DNA of 59,215 nucleotides, filler included, from Dimargaris cristalligena (Eukaryota): NCBI GenBank assembly GCA_003614675.1. It is 6 parts of 6 records of this genome, joined end to end, with 100 filler letters (N's around TTAATTAATTAA, not from the genome) between each part and the next. Parts side by side here need not be neighbours in the genome. Positions count along the whole stretch, not along the records: positions 39,580 to 49,356 come from ML003233.1; positions 49,457 to 59,215 come from ML003234.1; 4 more parts are not named here. One strand, 5' to 3'. Shown piece by piece: positions 46,959 to 59,215 of this stretch (position 1 is its first letter; each line of letters starts with the position of its first letter). The notes under the pieces were generated by a model. It saw only the letters and a program-made list of their open reading frames with translations, ran no database searches and was not told where the DNA came from. The position numbers and the translations under genes were made by a program.

Positions 46959-49356
46959 ATGGCCAAGAAAAAGATCCCAGGTGAGCCATTGTGCCTTATT
47001 GTTCATAGACGGCTTTAGAGATTCCTCTGCATTAGTGCCATGTACTGGAATACCGGCCATAATGCAGCATCGACTACCTTGGTAGAGATCAGAGGCTCGG
47101 TCTTCACATCGGCGCAGACTGAGACCAACTAGGCCATTAAGATTCGAGCTAAGAAATGTTAAACACTTATACCAGGAGACCACTCTCCCCCGTTTTTCCA
47201 GTAATAATATAAACTAACCATCCCCCCCTCAATATATACTACACTGGTATACCACTACTAGCTCCCGCCGAGGCTCCAAAAAGCACGAAGAAGGGACAAA
47301 AACAGAATGCCGGGTCTGAACCACCCAGCGGGTCCACCAAAGGAAACGGCAAGGCCGGGGCAACATCGGAGGCCGCCGCTCCCGTCCTCCCAAAACCTAG
47401 CCTATTCCCGGGCTGGACGGGCAAAACCCCCGTAACGATTCTAAACGAATACTGCCGTAAACAGGGCTGGGACCAACCTTCCTTTGACATGAAACGGACG
47501 GCCCGGGGGCATCACGGCACGGTAACTCTGACCCGGCGGCACAAGAAATCCGGCCAAATGACCCAGCTGCGGTGGCAGCCGACCGATCGGCCGGGCTACG
47601 AGGCTGCTAATATTGCCCGCCATATGACCGCGACTTACGCCCTGCATCGACTCTGCGCCCAGGCCCCGCTGTACCGGGTCTTGCCGCCCGACCACCGGGA
47701 CTATTGGCACCAGCTTGAAGCGGAGCGTAAAAACGAGCCCCGCGCGGACCAGAACCAGTGGCAGTACGAAGTCGATCCGTTTGCCGCCCATGCCCGCCAT
47801 CAGCAGGAACAAGTGGCCATTCGTAAAAGTAAGGCCGATGCCGCCGAAAAACGCGCGAATCCTCCTCCGGAACAGCTCTCAGTATCCACTACATGGCCAA
47901 TTGCCGATATGAGCCAGGATAAACGGACTGCATTGGACAGTGTAATCCGCCAGTTCATGGACCAATTCAAAATTTCGGTAAGTACCACTACCTGTCCTAA
48001 ACAACGCTTCAAGACTTTGTCGAATACCTTCTCGTGCTTTTGGATTCGGCAAACGGGTCTGGTCATTGATGCATACGATATAACCGGTCACATTTTATTT
48101 AAACGATGGTTCTAATGATGGACGCTATTACCCCGAATTTCTTTACTTAAATATTATACTACGATAGGACGACTCCGACCGGTCGGTGCCGGGTCCGGCC
48201 GATAATACCTCGAAAAGTATTATTGCATCGTTAAGTAAGCTGGGTTTTAAGAAGTCTCACATCGAAGAAGCCCTACAGTTCGCTAATTCCCAACAGGCCG
48301 CCCTAGACTGGCTCTGCCTGCATGTTCCCGAAGACGACCTTCCCAGCGCCGTGCTGGATCGCCAGTACAAGCCCGAGATTACGTTTACCCAACATAATAG
48401 AACCTCCCTGGTGGACAAGTACGCTGTAGATAAAATGGTCGCGTCGGGGTTCCCACGGGGTTTGGCGCAGGCCATTTTCGAGGCCCACCACCGCTGTGTA
48501 TGGAATACGTTTGCAGCCCTCATTGACCGTTTACTAGGCCCCCAACCGACTGCTTCGGATACGGACCAGTTGACCTCGGCGGCTGAGGCGATTGCCGATG
48601 AAATGATGGCCCTGGCCGCCATCTACGAGCCCCATTTTAAGGCCCTCTCCGACCACTCGTGCGCCATTGAGCTGGACTGGGAACTGCCCAGGTTACCCTC
48701 CACCCAGACAAAAACTCCCCCATCGGCTATCATTGAAATCCATTTTTCGGACTCGCTGGACTACCCACGTGCCGCCCCGGCCTTTATTTTCCTAGGTACC
48801 GGCTTTCCGGCGTATCTGCGTCTGTACATCACCCAACAATTAAACCGGGCCGCCCGGGAGCAGTTCTGCGGTGATCCGATGGTGTTTTCCGTGCTTGAAC
48901 ACGGTCGGGAATCTATCGCTGCTTGGTTGGCATCCCCACCACCGCTCCATACTATCGTGGCACCCCTCACCGATGGACCTGCATCCACTGCGAATTATAA
49001 TCCAGCTTCAACCACACCTTTGCTACCAAAGGCGGACTCCAACTCCGTCATGACGCCCCGCTCTAAACCGTCGAGCCGGACCTCTCGGGGAATGACCAAA
49101 CGGTCCTGGTGGAATTTGGCCACCCAGCACTGTACTACTCAAGCTACCCCGGCCTACCAAAAGATGTTGGCCCGTCGGGCCCAGTTGCCGTCCTGGCAGT
49201 ACCGGGACAAGATTCTCACCTCCCTGGCCAGGCACCAGGTTATTGTGATTAGTGGTGCTACCGGGTGTGGTAAAACCACCCAGATTCCCCAGTTCCTTCT
49301 CGATCACTGTTTGGCCTCTTACTACCCCGACACCGCCCAACGGGAAGAAGGAACGT
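46959..49356 (+). CDS. DHX57/DHX29-like DEAH RNA helicase (dsRBD-like, UBA, RWD), truncated by gap
   Basis: Exons 46959-46980, 47262-47977 and 48168-gap. Motifs: [23 protein letters not shown] ([12 protein letters not shown]...[15 protein letters not shown]), RWD ([10 protein letters not shown]...YP), RAQLPSW...[17 protein letters not shown]. Confidence 0.9.
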
Positions 49357-49456
49357 NNNNNNNNNNNNNNNNNNNNNNNNNNNNNNNNNNNNNNNNNNNN
49401 TTAATTAATTAANNNNNNNNNNNNNNNNNNNNNNNNNNNNNNNNNNNNNNNNNNNN
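49357..49456. other. Artificial contig spacer
   Basis: N44-TTAATTAATTAA-N44. Confidence 0.97.
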
Positions 49457-52400
49457 GCAAGTCCCGCTGTTTTGACCGCTATGCTGGATTATCTACGCAT
49501 TAAGTTGGCCCTGGAGGCCGCGCGTCAGGAGGGTAACTCCGGTCCCAAGTTCTTGCTCCTGCGGCCGCATGAATTCACCGTTCTCGTCAAAATAATTTCC
49601 ACCGGCCAGCTCAATAACGATCAGATTACCTACCTCAAAGCACTCTACGCCACCTTCACTAAGTTCCAGCCTGGGTTGGTTGCCGTCGCTGAAGACATGG
49701 GTGGGCCCATGCCGCCTGAGGCCGAGAAGACCGCCGAGTCCTACTATCTCCGTCTTTACAAAGGGGACGTGACCATCTCCCAACTGCTCGACCACCTTAA
49801 CCAGCTTCGCGACTCCGTTGAGATGCGCGAACAAAAGATTTACTCCTGCGTGGTCCTGTGCCTCTTGGATGAATTCAAGTTTCTGCAGAACTACCCTGAG
49901 AAAGAACTCAACATTTACAGTGTTTTCTTCGGTGCCATGGTAGCCCACAAGCTATTCCCTCGTTCGGAACTAGGCCAGGCCATGAAGCTGCTCTTCGAAG
50001 CCCTGCAGGCCGATCCCCAGGGCCCCTTGATGGCGTTTGGTCTTACCGCCCTAGCTCATATGAAAGAGCGGCTCGCCAAATGGCCCCAGGCCTGTCGTGC
50101 CCTGATCAATCTCCCCAATCTGCGCCAGTCTAATGCCGATGTAGCCGAATTTCTGCGCCAGACCGTGGAGGCTCTGCCCAACGACCCTGCCGCTATTCCC
50201 AGTGACCCCTACTTCAACGTTAATCTGCCTGGTATCGCCACCGAGAGTGACACTCCTTCCCCCGGGGTCGACAAGTCCCTGGTTACCTTTGTTGCGATCT
50301 CCGTAGACCCCTTACCCCACGACTTGTCGCAGGATGAGCCCACGGAAGAAGTCCAGGACAAGATCCTATTCATCATGAATAACGTGGCCCAGAACAACTT
50401 GGACACCAAGGTAGATTCCATGAAACAGGTGCTGACGCCCGACACTTTCTATTGGTTCAGTCAGAATATTCTGGTCAAGCGGGCAAGCAACCAGCCCAAC
50501 TACCACCAGCTTTACTCGGATTTGCTGGATCGGGTCAATGACACTCTGTTGGTCCGGTGCGTACTCCATGAGACACTACTCAATATCCGTGTCCTACTCA
50601 ATTCGGATAAGACCGTCAACGACTCGACCGAGCGCTCCCACCTCAAGAACCTGGGTTCGTGGTTGGGTGGCTTGACGCTGGCCCATAATAAGCCCATCAA
50701 GTACAAGAATATCGCCTTCAAGGAGCTGTTGATCGAAGGCTACGATGGTGGTCGGCTGATTGTGGCTATTCCGTTCGTCTGTAAGGTGCTGGAACAGGCC
50801 GGTCGTTCAACCGTATTTAAGCCGCCCAATCCCTGGCTGATGGCGGTTGTCCGTGTCTTGGTTGAGTTGTACAAGTTTGCGGAGCTTAAACTGAACCTCA
50901 AGTTTGAAATTGAAGTACTGTGTAAGTCGCTCAACCTGGACCTGAATGACATTGAGCCCTCTTCGTACCTCAAGGAGCGTCCTATTAAGGGACCGGCGAC
51001 CGAAACGACCCCGCGTCCCTCTGCGGATGTTGCTACTCCCGTTGGTCGGGACGCCGTCGCGGTGGCCAAGCAGACTCCACCAGCCTCCCATCAATTTGCC
51101 TATGTTCCGCCCACTCTACATACCCCCAACGAGATTTCCACCAATATCGCATTGCTTCTGACCTCGCATGTTAAGCTTACCAGTGTGTCGGCCCTGACCA
51201 GTGTGCACCCCCACCTCAAGCGGTTGGTTCTCCTGACCCTCGAACGTCTGCTTCGGGATGTCATGCCCGTCCAGGTGGCCCGGGCCGTGCTCATTGCATC
51301 GACTTCAACCCAGGACCTGATTACCAAGGACTTCTGTATGGAACCCAGCGAAGAGAAGATGCGCTGGGCGGCCCATAAGATGGTGCGGAGTTTGGCCGGA
51401 ACTCTAGCGATCGCCCAGTGCCGCAAACCCCTGCAGGATGGTCTGTACGGGCAAATCCGGGAATACCTCGTTCAACAGGCTCTGGCCGATCCCCTCAGCG
51501 AACAGGCAGCCTTAGCTATTATGAACGAGAATATCGATTTGGCCTGCGCTATTGTGGAAGCAGAAGCCACCAACCGGGCCACTCGTGAGATTGACGAGTG
51601 CCTAGCCCCCGCGTTCCTGGCCCGCAAACAACACCGGGAGCGTACCGGACAGCCCTTCTACGACATGGGTACCTTTAATTCTCTGTCCTACCCGGCCAAC
51701 ATTCCGGCCCAGCTCAAGGTCCGATCCCAAGGCCTGCAGCCCCAGCAGCTGCGCCTGTACGACGACTTCGCCACCATTCCCCACTTCGCCAGCCAGACCA
51801 ATGCTGTTCCCGAGCATATCACCCCTCCGGATACGGCCCAACTGACCACCCGCCAGTGTTTGGACAAATTCTCTCAATATGTGCTGGAATTGGACAAACT
51901 GGTTCTGTCTACCCAGATCAACTCGTTCGCCGAACTGCCCCAGCAACATGATATCCGTCTGTTGATGCGTGAAATTTTGGTATTGGTTATCCGATCGGCC
52001 AGCCGCGATGAAACCGCCCTGGATTTCGCCCAAATGGTGGTGCAGCTCTTGTACAAAAACGAAGGTAACTTGGCCCGCGAAGTCTTTGTCATTTTGCTCG
52101 ACAAGCTCTGCGGCCTCTCGCCCAAGGCCTCCCGGGAAGTGACCCACTGGCTGACCTACGCCGACGACGAGCGCAAATACAATGTCCCGGTTACCGTGGC
52201 CCTGATCAAGGCCAGCCTCATCAGCATCCCGGAACAGGATCGACAGCTGGCTAAACTAATGGAAAGCGGTCGTACGTCGGTCATTGATTTTACCTCCCGC
52301 TTGGTGCGCAAGTGTGTGCTGGACCCCCAACCCTGTTGCGCCCCTAATGACTTTGCCGCCTCGGTGGAAGTACTCCGCAAATTGGCCCAGCGTGGTCGGA

Positions 52401-54181
52401 CACCCGGTACCACTATCCAGCTCCTCGAGGACCTCAACCGCCAGACCCAACCGGCTGCTGGCCCCGTAAGCAATGTGGACACCAACGCCCAACTCGCTTA
52501 CCGGTCGGTGCTCCAGGAATGGGTACGCTTGTGCGACCACAGTAGCACCGGTGAGACCCAGTTGGTGAATTTTGTCATTCAACTCCAGACCCAAATCCCG
52601 CTCATGTCGACCACCTCCACTGGTGTAGAGACCCATGCGGCCTTCTTCCGGGTGGCCTTTGACGAGGCTATGGAGCAGTACGGTCGCCACCGTACCGCCG
52701 GAGCCCAGACCAGTAATGGTGGCGCCAATCCCATGTACAGCACCCTGGACGCCCTCGCTCGACTGGTCGTCCTACTGGTTAAGTACCCGGCAGCCAAGAA
52801 CGGTGGCGAGGTAACCTCCACGGACGAGCCTCAGGTTGCCCAATTCCGTACCACCCTCAACTACTTTGCCCTACTTCTAACCGTGGACCACCAGCAGCGC
52901 CGTGAGCTGCTTAATCAGAAACCCTACTTCCGGTTCTTCGTCAGCCTACTCAACGATCTGCGGGCCCAGATTCACAAATCCGAAGCGGTGTACACTGAAC
53001 TGCTGACCCAAGTAGCGACGGTCTTTGAGGTACTCCAGCCGGCTAACTTGCCCGGATTCAGTTTTGCCTGGGTGTCCTTGGTTGCCCACCGGTTCTTCCT
53101 GCCCCGCTTCCTAGTGGCCGAAGCCCGTTGGCCCCAGGCTGAGAAACTTTTGATCAGCGCCCTGCGGTTCGTGGCCCCTGCGCTGGGCGAGAAACACCTC
53201 ACCGAGTCGGTCCGTCTCCTCTACAAGGGAGTGGTCCGCATCATGCTGGTGATTCTCCACGACTTCCCCGAGTTCCTGTGCGACTATTACACCAGTTTCT
53301 GCGACGTGATTCCCTCCACCTGCATTCAACTGCGTAACTTGGTGGTAAGCGCGTACGCCCGTGATATGCGACTACCCGAACCCCTCTCCCAAGAACTGAA
53401 ACTGGACCAGTTCCCTGAAGTCCAACAGGACCCGCGTATTCTGTCCGATTTTACCGCCGTGTTGGAAGCGAACGGTTTAAGAGTAGAGATTGACCAGTGC
53501 CTACAGTCGGGACAGGTCGATACCCTGGTGACGAAGTTCAAGAGTCTGCTCCCCGTTGACGAAGCCTCGGCAGCTATGACGGTCACCTCCCTTGACGGAT
53601 CAGGCAATGCCAATGGTACCTCCTCCTACTGCCGGTACAATGTGCCACTTATCAACTCGACGGTGCTCTATGTGGGTATCCGGGCCATTGAAGCGCTACG
53701 TGCCTTGTCTTCGCCCAACTCTAGTGTGTCTTCACCGGCCGGCAAGACCAACGGCAACGCTGCTGCCACGTCAAGTGGAAGCATGCCCGCCGATATCACG
53801 ACCAGTAATGTGGGCAAGGCCGCCTTTAGATTCTACGACCGGTTGCTGACCGAACTGGAACCGGACGGTCGCTATCTGTTGTTGAATGCAATGGCCAACC
53901 AACTGCGCCATCCCAGCAGCCATACATACTACTTTAGCCGGGTGCTCCTCCACTTGTTTACCGAAAATCGACTCGAACCCGTGAAGGAACAAACCACGCG
54001 GGTGCTGATTGAGCGGGCGGTGGTGAACCGGCCGCTACCCTGGGGCCTGTTGGTAACCCTCATTGATCTGATGAGTAACAACGATAGATACAAGTTCTGG
54101 GACCATAAGTTCACGACTATTGCCCCCGAGATTTCCCATATTCTGCAGGCAGTCTCCGATAGTATTACGTCGCGTGCTTAA
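49457..54181 (+). CDS. NOT1: CCR4-NOT scaffold Not1, 5' part missing at gap
   Basis: NYPEKEL, QDKILFIMNN, LKNLGSWLG, AIPFVCKVL, FKPPNPW, LKLNLKFEIEVL, LHDFPEFL, IQLRNL, ANQLRHPSSHT, RPLPWGLLVT. Confidence 0.97.
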   Translation, partial: ASPAVLTAMLDYLRIKLALEAARQEGNSGPKFLLLRPHEFTVLVKIISTGQLNNDQITYLKALYATFTKFQPGLVAVAEDMGGPMPPEAEKTAESYYLRLYKGDVTISQLLDHLNQLRDSVEMREQKIYSCVVLCLLDEFKFLQNYPEKELNIYSVFFGAMVAHKLFPRSELGQAMKLLFEALQADPQGPLMAFGLTALAHMKERLAKWPQACRALINLPNLRQSNADVAEFLRQTVEALPNDPAAIPSDPYFNVNLPGIATESDTPSPGVDKSLVTFVAISVDPLPHDLSQDEPTEEVQDKILFIMNNVAQNNLDTKVDSMKQVLTPDTFYWFSQNILVKRASNQPNYHQLYSDLLDRVNDTLLVRCVLHETLLNIRVLLNSDKTVNDSTERSHLKNLGSWLGGLTLAHNKPIKYKNIAFKELLIEGYDGGRLIVAIPFVCKVLEQAGRSTVFKPPNPWLMAVVRVLVELYKFAELKLNLKFEIEVLCKSLNLDLNDIEPSSYLKERPIKGPATETTPRPSADVATPVGRDAVAVAKQTPPASHQFAYVPPTLHTPNEISTNIALLLTSHVKLTSVSALTSVHPHLKRLVLLTLERLLRDVMPVQVARAVLIASTSTQDLITKDFCMEPSEEKMRWAAHKMVRSLAGTLAIAQCRKPLQDGLYGQIREYLVQQALADPLSEQAALAIMNENIDLACAIVEAEATNRATREIDECLAPAFLARKQHRERTGQPFYDMGTFNSLSYPANIPAQLKVRSQGLQPQQLRLYDDFATIPHFASQTNAVPEHITPPDTAQLTTRQCLDKFSQYVLELDKLVLSTQINSFAELPQQHDIRLLMREILVLVIRSASRDETALDFAQMVVQLLYKNEGNLAREVFVILLDKLCGLSPKASREVTHWLTYADDERKYNVPVTVALIKASLISIPEQDRQLAKLMESGRTSVIDFTSRLVRKCVLDPQPCCAPNDFAASVEVLRKLAQRGRTPGTTIQLLEDLNRQTQPAAGPVSNVDTNAQLAYRSVLQEWVRLCDHSSTGETQLVNFVIQLQTQIPLMSTTSTGVETHAAFFRVAFDEAMEQYGRHRTAGAQTSNGGANPMYSTLDALARLVVLLVKYPAAKNGGEVTSTDEPQVAQFRTTLNYFALLLTVDHQQRRELLNQKPYFRFFVSLLNDLRAQIHKSEAVYTELLTQVATVFEVLQPANLPGFSFAWVSLVAHRFFLPRFLVAEARWPQAEKLLISALRFVAPALGEKHLTESVRLLYKGVVRIMLVILHDFPEFLCDYYTSFCDVIPSTCIQLRNLVVSAYARDMRLPEPLSQELKLDQFPEVQQDPRILSDFTAVLEANGLRVEIDQCLQSGQVDTLVTKFKSLLPVDEASAAMTVTSLDGSGNANGTSSYCRYNVPLINSTVLYVGIRAIEALRALSSPNSSVSSPAGKTNGNAAATSSGSMPADITTSNVGKAAFRFYDRLLTELEPDGRYLLLNAMANQLRHPSSHTYYFSRVLLHLFTENRLEPVKEQTTRVLIERAVVNRPLPWGLLVTLIDLMSNNDRYKFWDHKFTTIAPEISHILQAVSDSITSRA

Positions 54182-55639
54182 ATTTAGGCCGAGAATGTGG
54201 ATGAACTTGCTTACCTGGGCCTTTCTCTCGACTTGGCCATATTTCAGTTGACTCGGGACCAATTGAAATCCGGATATCAATACTTTACTTTGCTATTATT
54301 TTACTACCCACCCCTTTTAAACAGACCGTTTGCTACTCGCAACCCTCGTTTTCCTTAAGCTTTTACTACTCCACCTTTTTTAAGATGACATACGATACTA
54401 CCTTCCATTATTATTGATAAAACCGTTTATACTAGAGTTCTGGCTGATTCAGGTCCCAATTTGCCTCAGTTAGAGACCACTGGTCTTCTATGGGCCATCT
54501 GTAACGAACTGATTGGCAGTGAGTGGGTGGAAGATTACTGGTAGTGCTCTTAGTTAGTTGTGCCACCTCATTTTCGATGACTATACCAATGTGCATTTGG
54601 TACAGTTTTTGGCAATGAGTGACGTGTGGCTGGTGCTTGTAATAAGGGGTACTTAGTTAATCAAGAAGCAGTGGCACACAGCCAGGCGCATGGCAAACTA
54701 ATCGGAGTTACACGGGTTAGATGACGCATCCTTATTTGAATTGTAGGCGTTGGCCAATGGAAACCCGCACAATACACGGCACCGGTAACCAGGCCCAACT
54801 AAAATAGAATGGACGAGGAGGAGGAAAAGAGACGGAAGGGGGTGTTTTTATGTCTCGTGCCAGTTGAAAATGACAGATTTCATTGGGGAAGGGGGTGGGG
54901 GAGGCAATTCTTTCAAGTTTCTGTGCCGTTGATTGGCCTAGAGACGCTTCGAAAAGGAAAGGGGTGAATGGTAGTAGGATCAGGGCGGGTTGATCCTTTG
55001 AGATCAAAATCAGCCTTGTGAGAGTTCCTAGTCCCTCTCCCCCACCTATTATCCTACAATTGCGCCTTGGCTGGCGTACCTGGGAATGGAAAAGAAGAGG
55101 GAGAAAGAAGGGCTATTGTATCTGGAATAGACTGACGGTATTTCAAATACACTCATCGATTCTAACAGGCGGTAGGTATAAATGCCAAAGTAGGCCCTAT
55201 ATACTACACGACGCTGCTTGAACCGTATATCTCGTTGTCAGGCTTATTTAGGGCATTTGGCTCATTCCAACTCCAACGAACCGTTGTTTGTCATTATTGC
55301 TACTTCAACCCGTCAATAGATAACCCCCCGCAGCTACAATTACAACCTCAGCCGCATTCCATTCTTGGCAATTAGTTTAGAGTGCATCTGCTGCTTTATT
55401 CAACCTCCTATCCAGTCATCCGCATCCCCCAGTCCTCTTTTGTTTTTCCTATTTGGCTTATTTCGTTGCTGCTCCTTCCCTTAACCGTTAGAGTATAGTG
55501 AGCCCCCAGCGTCAGCGTCGACTATTCTCAGTTCATTTATTTATTCAATTAATTGTTTCTATCTATTTCTCAGCGGTGTATTCAATACATACCACCCAAC
55601 TATCCCCCTCAAAAAAATTAAAGAAAAGAGAGAGAGACC

Positions 55640-58585
55640 ATGCTTCCCCGGAAACCCAGCCGCGAACAAATGGCCATGTCCCATCTGACCACCCAGGCCA
55701 ATGGCACTCCTCCGACCGCCACCGGCAGCAACGGCACCGCTGGGACGCCCCAGTATTGGAGTGGTTCCGACGACAGTCTCCGAACTCGAACCCCGAAACC
55801 CCGGAACCGTAAAATGTCCCAGCGCCCGGATTCCTCCACCTCCCAACCCCACCGGACGGAACGCCTCTTTTCCGCCCCGACCTTTCCGTCTTCGGGCACC
55901 CGTGCCAACAACAACGACAACGACAATAACAACAACGACGGTGACGGCGCTGGCGGGGCGGAGTTCGAAATGACTCTCCAAACTCGCCGACCCGGGTCAC
56001 CACCACTACTATCACGATCTTCCCAGGAATACGACCGGGTGGGGCGGGGCCAAGCCCGTTTTAGAGCCACCAGTGGCGTACGAGCCAGTTTCGAAGATAT
56101 CGAGATGCCCCCCTCCTCGGCGGCGGGGGGGTTCGGAACGGACGCGAGTGACGAAAGTCACGGTGAAGAAGATGGGCCTTTGGGAGCGACTGCTGCCGCG
56201 GCGCCGGTCGAGGGAGGCGGGACGGACGGGGCGGAACACCACGAGGGACCCTGGCCCGGCGTTGAAATCAAACAGTGGATGCGGGTCATGGCGTTTGTGT
56301 GCTCGTGCATGACTGGGGTGGGCGGACATTTTGCGGCCCATGTCTTGGGCCCTATTAAAGACCAGGTGAAAGAGGTAAGCCATTGGCACTCTCCGTATTA
56401 ATTGGCTTTAATTGTCCTATTCGTATTGTAACTACGCACTGCCTTTAATCCACTGAACTACGTTAGTTAATAGACATAGCAGTGGCTTACCACCCCATCA
56501 ATTACTAATACCATACCATACCATCTTACCTTTGAATATGTTCGGTCTCTTCCGTATTTCAACCACCACTTCTGCTACCTAGAGCCTGGGGATCAGCAAT
56601 GCCCAGTTCGGTTTAATGCAGGCTTCCCTCTCGGTGGTCCCCACTATCATGCCTTTTTTAGGCGGACTATTTGTGGACCGCTTCGGAACCGGGTTGAGTT
56701 CGTTTCTGGCTATTAGTCTCATTGTCACTGGCCAGTGTTTAGTCTTGATCGGGTCCTATTCATCCCTGTTTGTGTGGATGGTCCTGGGCTATGTCGTGTT
56801 CGGGTAAGTGATTTTATATTCACCTATTGAAACTACTGAAAATGAATCTGCCGCTGGGTTTACCACTGATCTGAAGCTAACTATGTTTATTCCGCCCGGC
56901 GTTAACTATGTTGCTTAACTCGCCAATACCCCCCGATAACTTCAATGAATATTGTGTTTCTGGTCAATTGCACTATCCATAGTGTGGGTGAAGGGTGGCT
57001 CGTGGTAATAAGCGAGACGATTCTGGTACACTTCTTCCACGGCCGCGGCTTGGCCGTCATGATCGGCCTTCAAATCGCCATCGGCAAATGCGTAAGTAGC
57101 CCTTTGCCAGAAATCATTTTGGTTGAATATCTGTATAGCGCCACTGCGACGGCTTCCTTATCACAATTGTCATGGTCTTGTTACATTGCAAACTACCTGG
57201 TTCGGTTACCACTTGTCCAATAACCCTCACCGCATAGGCTAATCTAGCTACCTGCTATTCCCGTACTTGAATACTGACTCCCGCATCATTTCCCGCAGGC
57301 CTCTTTCCTGGCAACTGGTACGGCTATTCAAATTACCGAGTGGACGGGCTACTATGGGAATGTCTTCGTGGTCGGTTTTATCCTTTGCATTAGCTCCTGG
57401 ATTATTAACCTGGCCTACCTGGGTCTAGTCCGCCACTTGAACCGCCAGGTTCAACACCAGGCCCTATCCCGCAGCAGTGCCCAACCCCGATCACCCCGAC
57501 GGTCTAGTTTCGAGGGGCCACCCTCCACCTCCAAACCTACCGGTTCGGCTAGCCTAGACGATTCAGATGAAACGGTGGCCGCAGCTCTGCTGCCGGTGGA
57601 AATGAAGGAAAAGTTCAGCGACCAACCCGGACGAGGCGGCGCGGCGGATCTACGCTCGCACCGCACCCGGCGGCGAGGCCTCGATATTCTCAAAGTGCTC
57701 AAGTTCTCGGATGTCATTTGGTGGTTTTTCCTCATGTGCCTTCTCTTCGGGGCCGTCTGGATACCCTTTATCCACTTATCCAGTAATATCGTCAAGGTGG
57801 AATTCGCAGTTTCCGATGCCCGGGCGGCCTGGATTTCTTCCGTGGTGTTTGGCCTGCCAATGTTGCTCAACCCCCTCATGGGCTTCGCCCTAGATCGCTG
57901 GGGACGACTGACTTGGTTCGTGTTCGCCTCGTCCGTGTGTCTGGTCCTGGCGACCGGTCTGATCCTATTCCCCGTGTTTAGTTCCCCGCTGGTGGCAATG
58001 GTTATTTTCTCCATTTCGCTTAGTTTAGGTCCCCTGGCCCAGATTACCGCTATACCCCTGATGCTTCCCCCCATGTCCACCCACCGTGACATTGGAACCA
58101 TTTTGGGTATCCGACGTTGCGTGGAGCACATTGGCGCCACGCTGGTGGATACGCTAAGCGGGGTGCTGCAGGATTTGGAAGTGGACCGCCGGTACACGTA
58201 CGTTTTGCAAGTCTTCTTTGCCCTTTCGTGCGCCACGACCTTTGCCGTGCTCTTCTGGGCCAAATTGGATCGACTCCTGCTGGACAACATCCTAACCGAG
58301 ACCAAAAAGGTTAGGCCCCATATTGTCGGTTTGCTGAAGCGCAGCTATAATCTCTACGGGGAAGACTTGGCCCACCATCCCGCTTTACGGCCGACGGAAC
58401 CCGCCGTCCGCTCGCGGTGGGGGCGGGCCATGTGCGAATGGAGCCGCGTGATTTGGGTCGACCCCCGGCTTCGTAAGATTATTTACGTCAGTATTACCAT
58501 CGGATTGATGATTCTCACGTGGTCTGTGTTCTGGTTTACCGGACTGAAACTGTTTTTGCAACCCACTAAACCGCACGCGGTGTAA
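55640..58585 (+). CDS. Major facilitator superfamily transporter (MFSD1-like), 4 exons
   Basis: Exons 55640-56374, 56583-56803, 56983-57091 and 57299-58585 join in frame. MFS motif A appears as GLFVDRFG and GFALDRWGR, with multiple TM segments. Confidence 0.88.
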
Positions 58586-59064
58586 ATGACGGGGAGTAGG
58601 GCCGGGTTTAGAAAGGGTAGTGCCTGGATGGCCAGCTGTCCATGGCAACAGGTTGAAAGGAGTCCCTCCGTCCCCGGCCAGTAACGTCTCTACCAGCTAT
58701 GGCCTCTAATAAGTGTTCCTCTCGTTTGCTAGGTAATGCACTTTTTTCTCTTGGGAACTATCGCAACTGTATTTATAAAACCCAACCATTAATGATTCCC
58801 ATATAAGTGATTGACAGCCGGATGGTTGGTAGAAAAATCATGTAGAACTAGCCCGGCGATATGGTAGAGGAGTGCTAAGAGAGAGTGGCTAAAAATAGCA
58901 TTCGCTTAATCGGGTGACAAACAGTTCGGCTGGTCTCGTAAAGCAGTATTTTATTTAGTTAACTGGAGGTTGAAGTTTGGAATGGGTAACGAATATCTTT
59001 AAAATGAGTTCAGCCGATTATTAAAATGACCACTGATCAATGATTGGAATCTGGGGGCTAATAT

Positions 59065-59165
59065 ATATGGGGGAGGTCCAATCAGGCCGTGTAATGACAA
59101 ACCCGTTGGATGAGGCAAAAATCACCGATTCTAAAATAATTGCCCGCCTATTTCATCCGCATAAT
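59065..59165 (-). mobile_element. Degenerate partial copy (E) of the 144-bp MITE
   Basis: atatgggggaggtccaatcaggccgtgtaatgacaaacccgttggatgaggcaaa resembles the reverse complement of the right half of copy C. Confidence 0.6.
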
Positions 59166-59215
59166 TGTTACAAGACATCCTTGGGGCGAAGATAATCAAC
59201 TCCTAATTAATAGAA

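Noticed and set aside
57451..58305. 284-aa antisense ORF, and similar antisense ORFs in NOT1, the ATPase and YSH1
   Set aside because: They lie fully opposite well-supported genes and have no recognisable motifs.

Overview
Eukaryotic, fungal-type genomic DNA: GT-AG introns, GC-rich exons and AT-rich intergenic DNA. The window is six contig pieces joined by artificial 100-bp spacers (44 N + TTAATTAATTAA + 44 N), so adjacency across spacers may not be biological. The gene set (METTL5, RAB3GAP2, trihelix Myb/SANT factor, P2C-type ATPase, MFSD1-like transporter) suggests an early-diverging, non-Dikarya fungus (inference). Other recognisable genes are CPSF73/YSH1, a Ctr copper transporter, a metaxin/Sam35-like protein, TANGO2, an SRSF4/5/6-like splicing factor, an NmrA-like protein, RAD5, TMEM97/EXPERA, a DHX57-like helicase and NOT1. 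The most striking item is an intronless secreted 525-aa precursor (15688-17265) made of 20 diverged ~24-aa repeats separated by Kex2-type KR sites. It would release a library of related Asn-rich amphipathic peptides, and no tailoring enzyme lies next to it. Also notable are a Na/K-type ATPase with PQGL instead of PEGL and rewired ion sites, a 144-bp MITE family (4 full copies plus 1 relic), a candidate poison exon in the SR gene, and an LTR-like end 50 bp upstream of a small secreted orphan.
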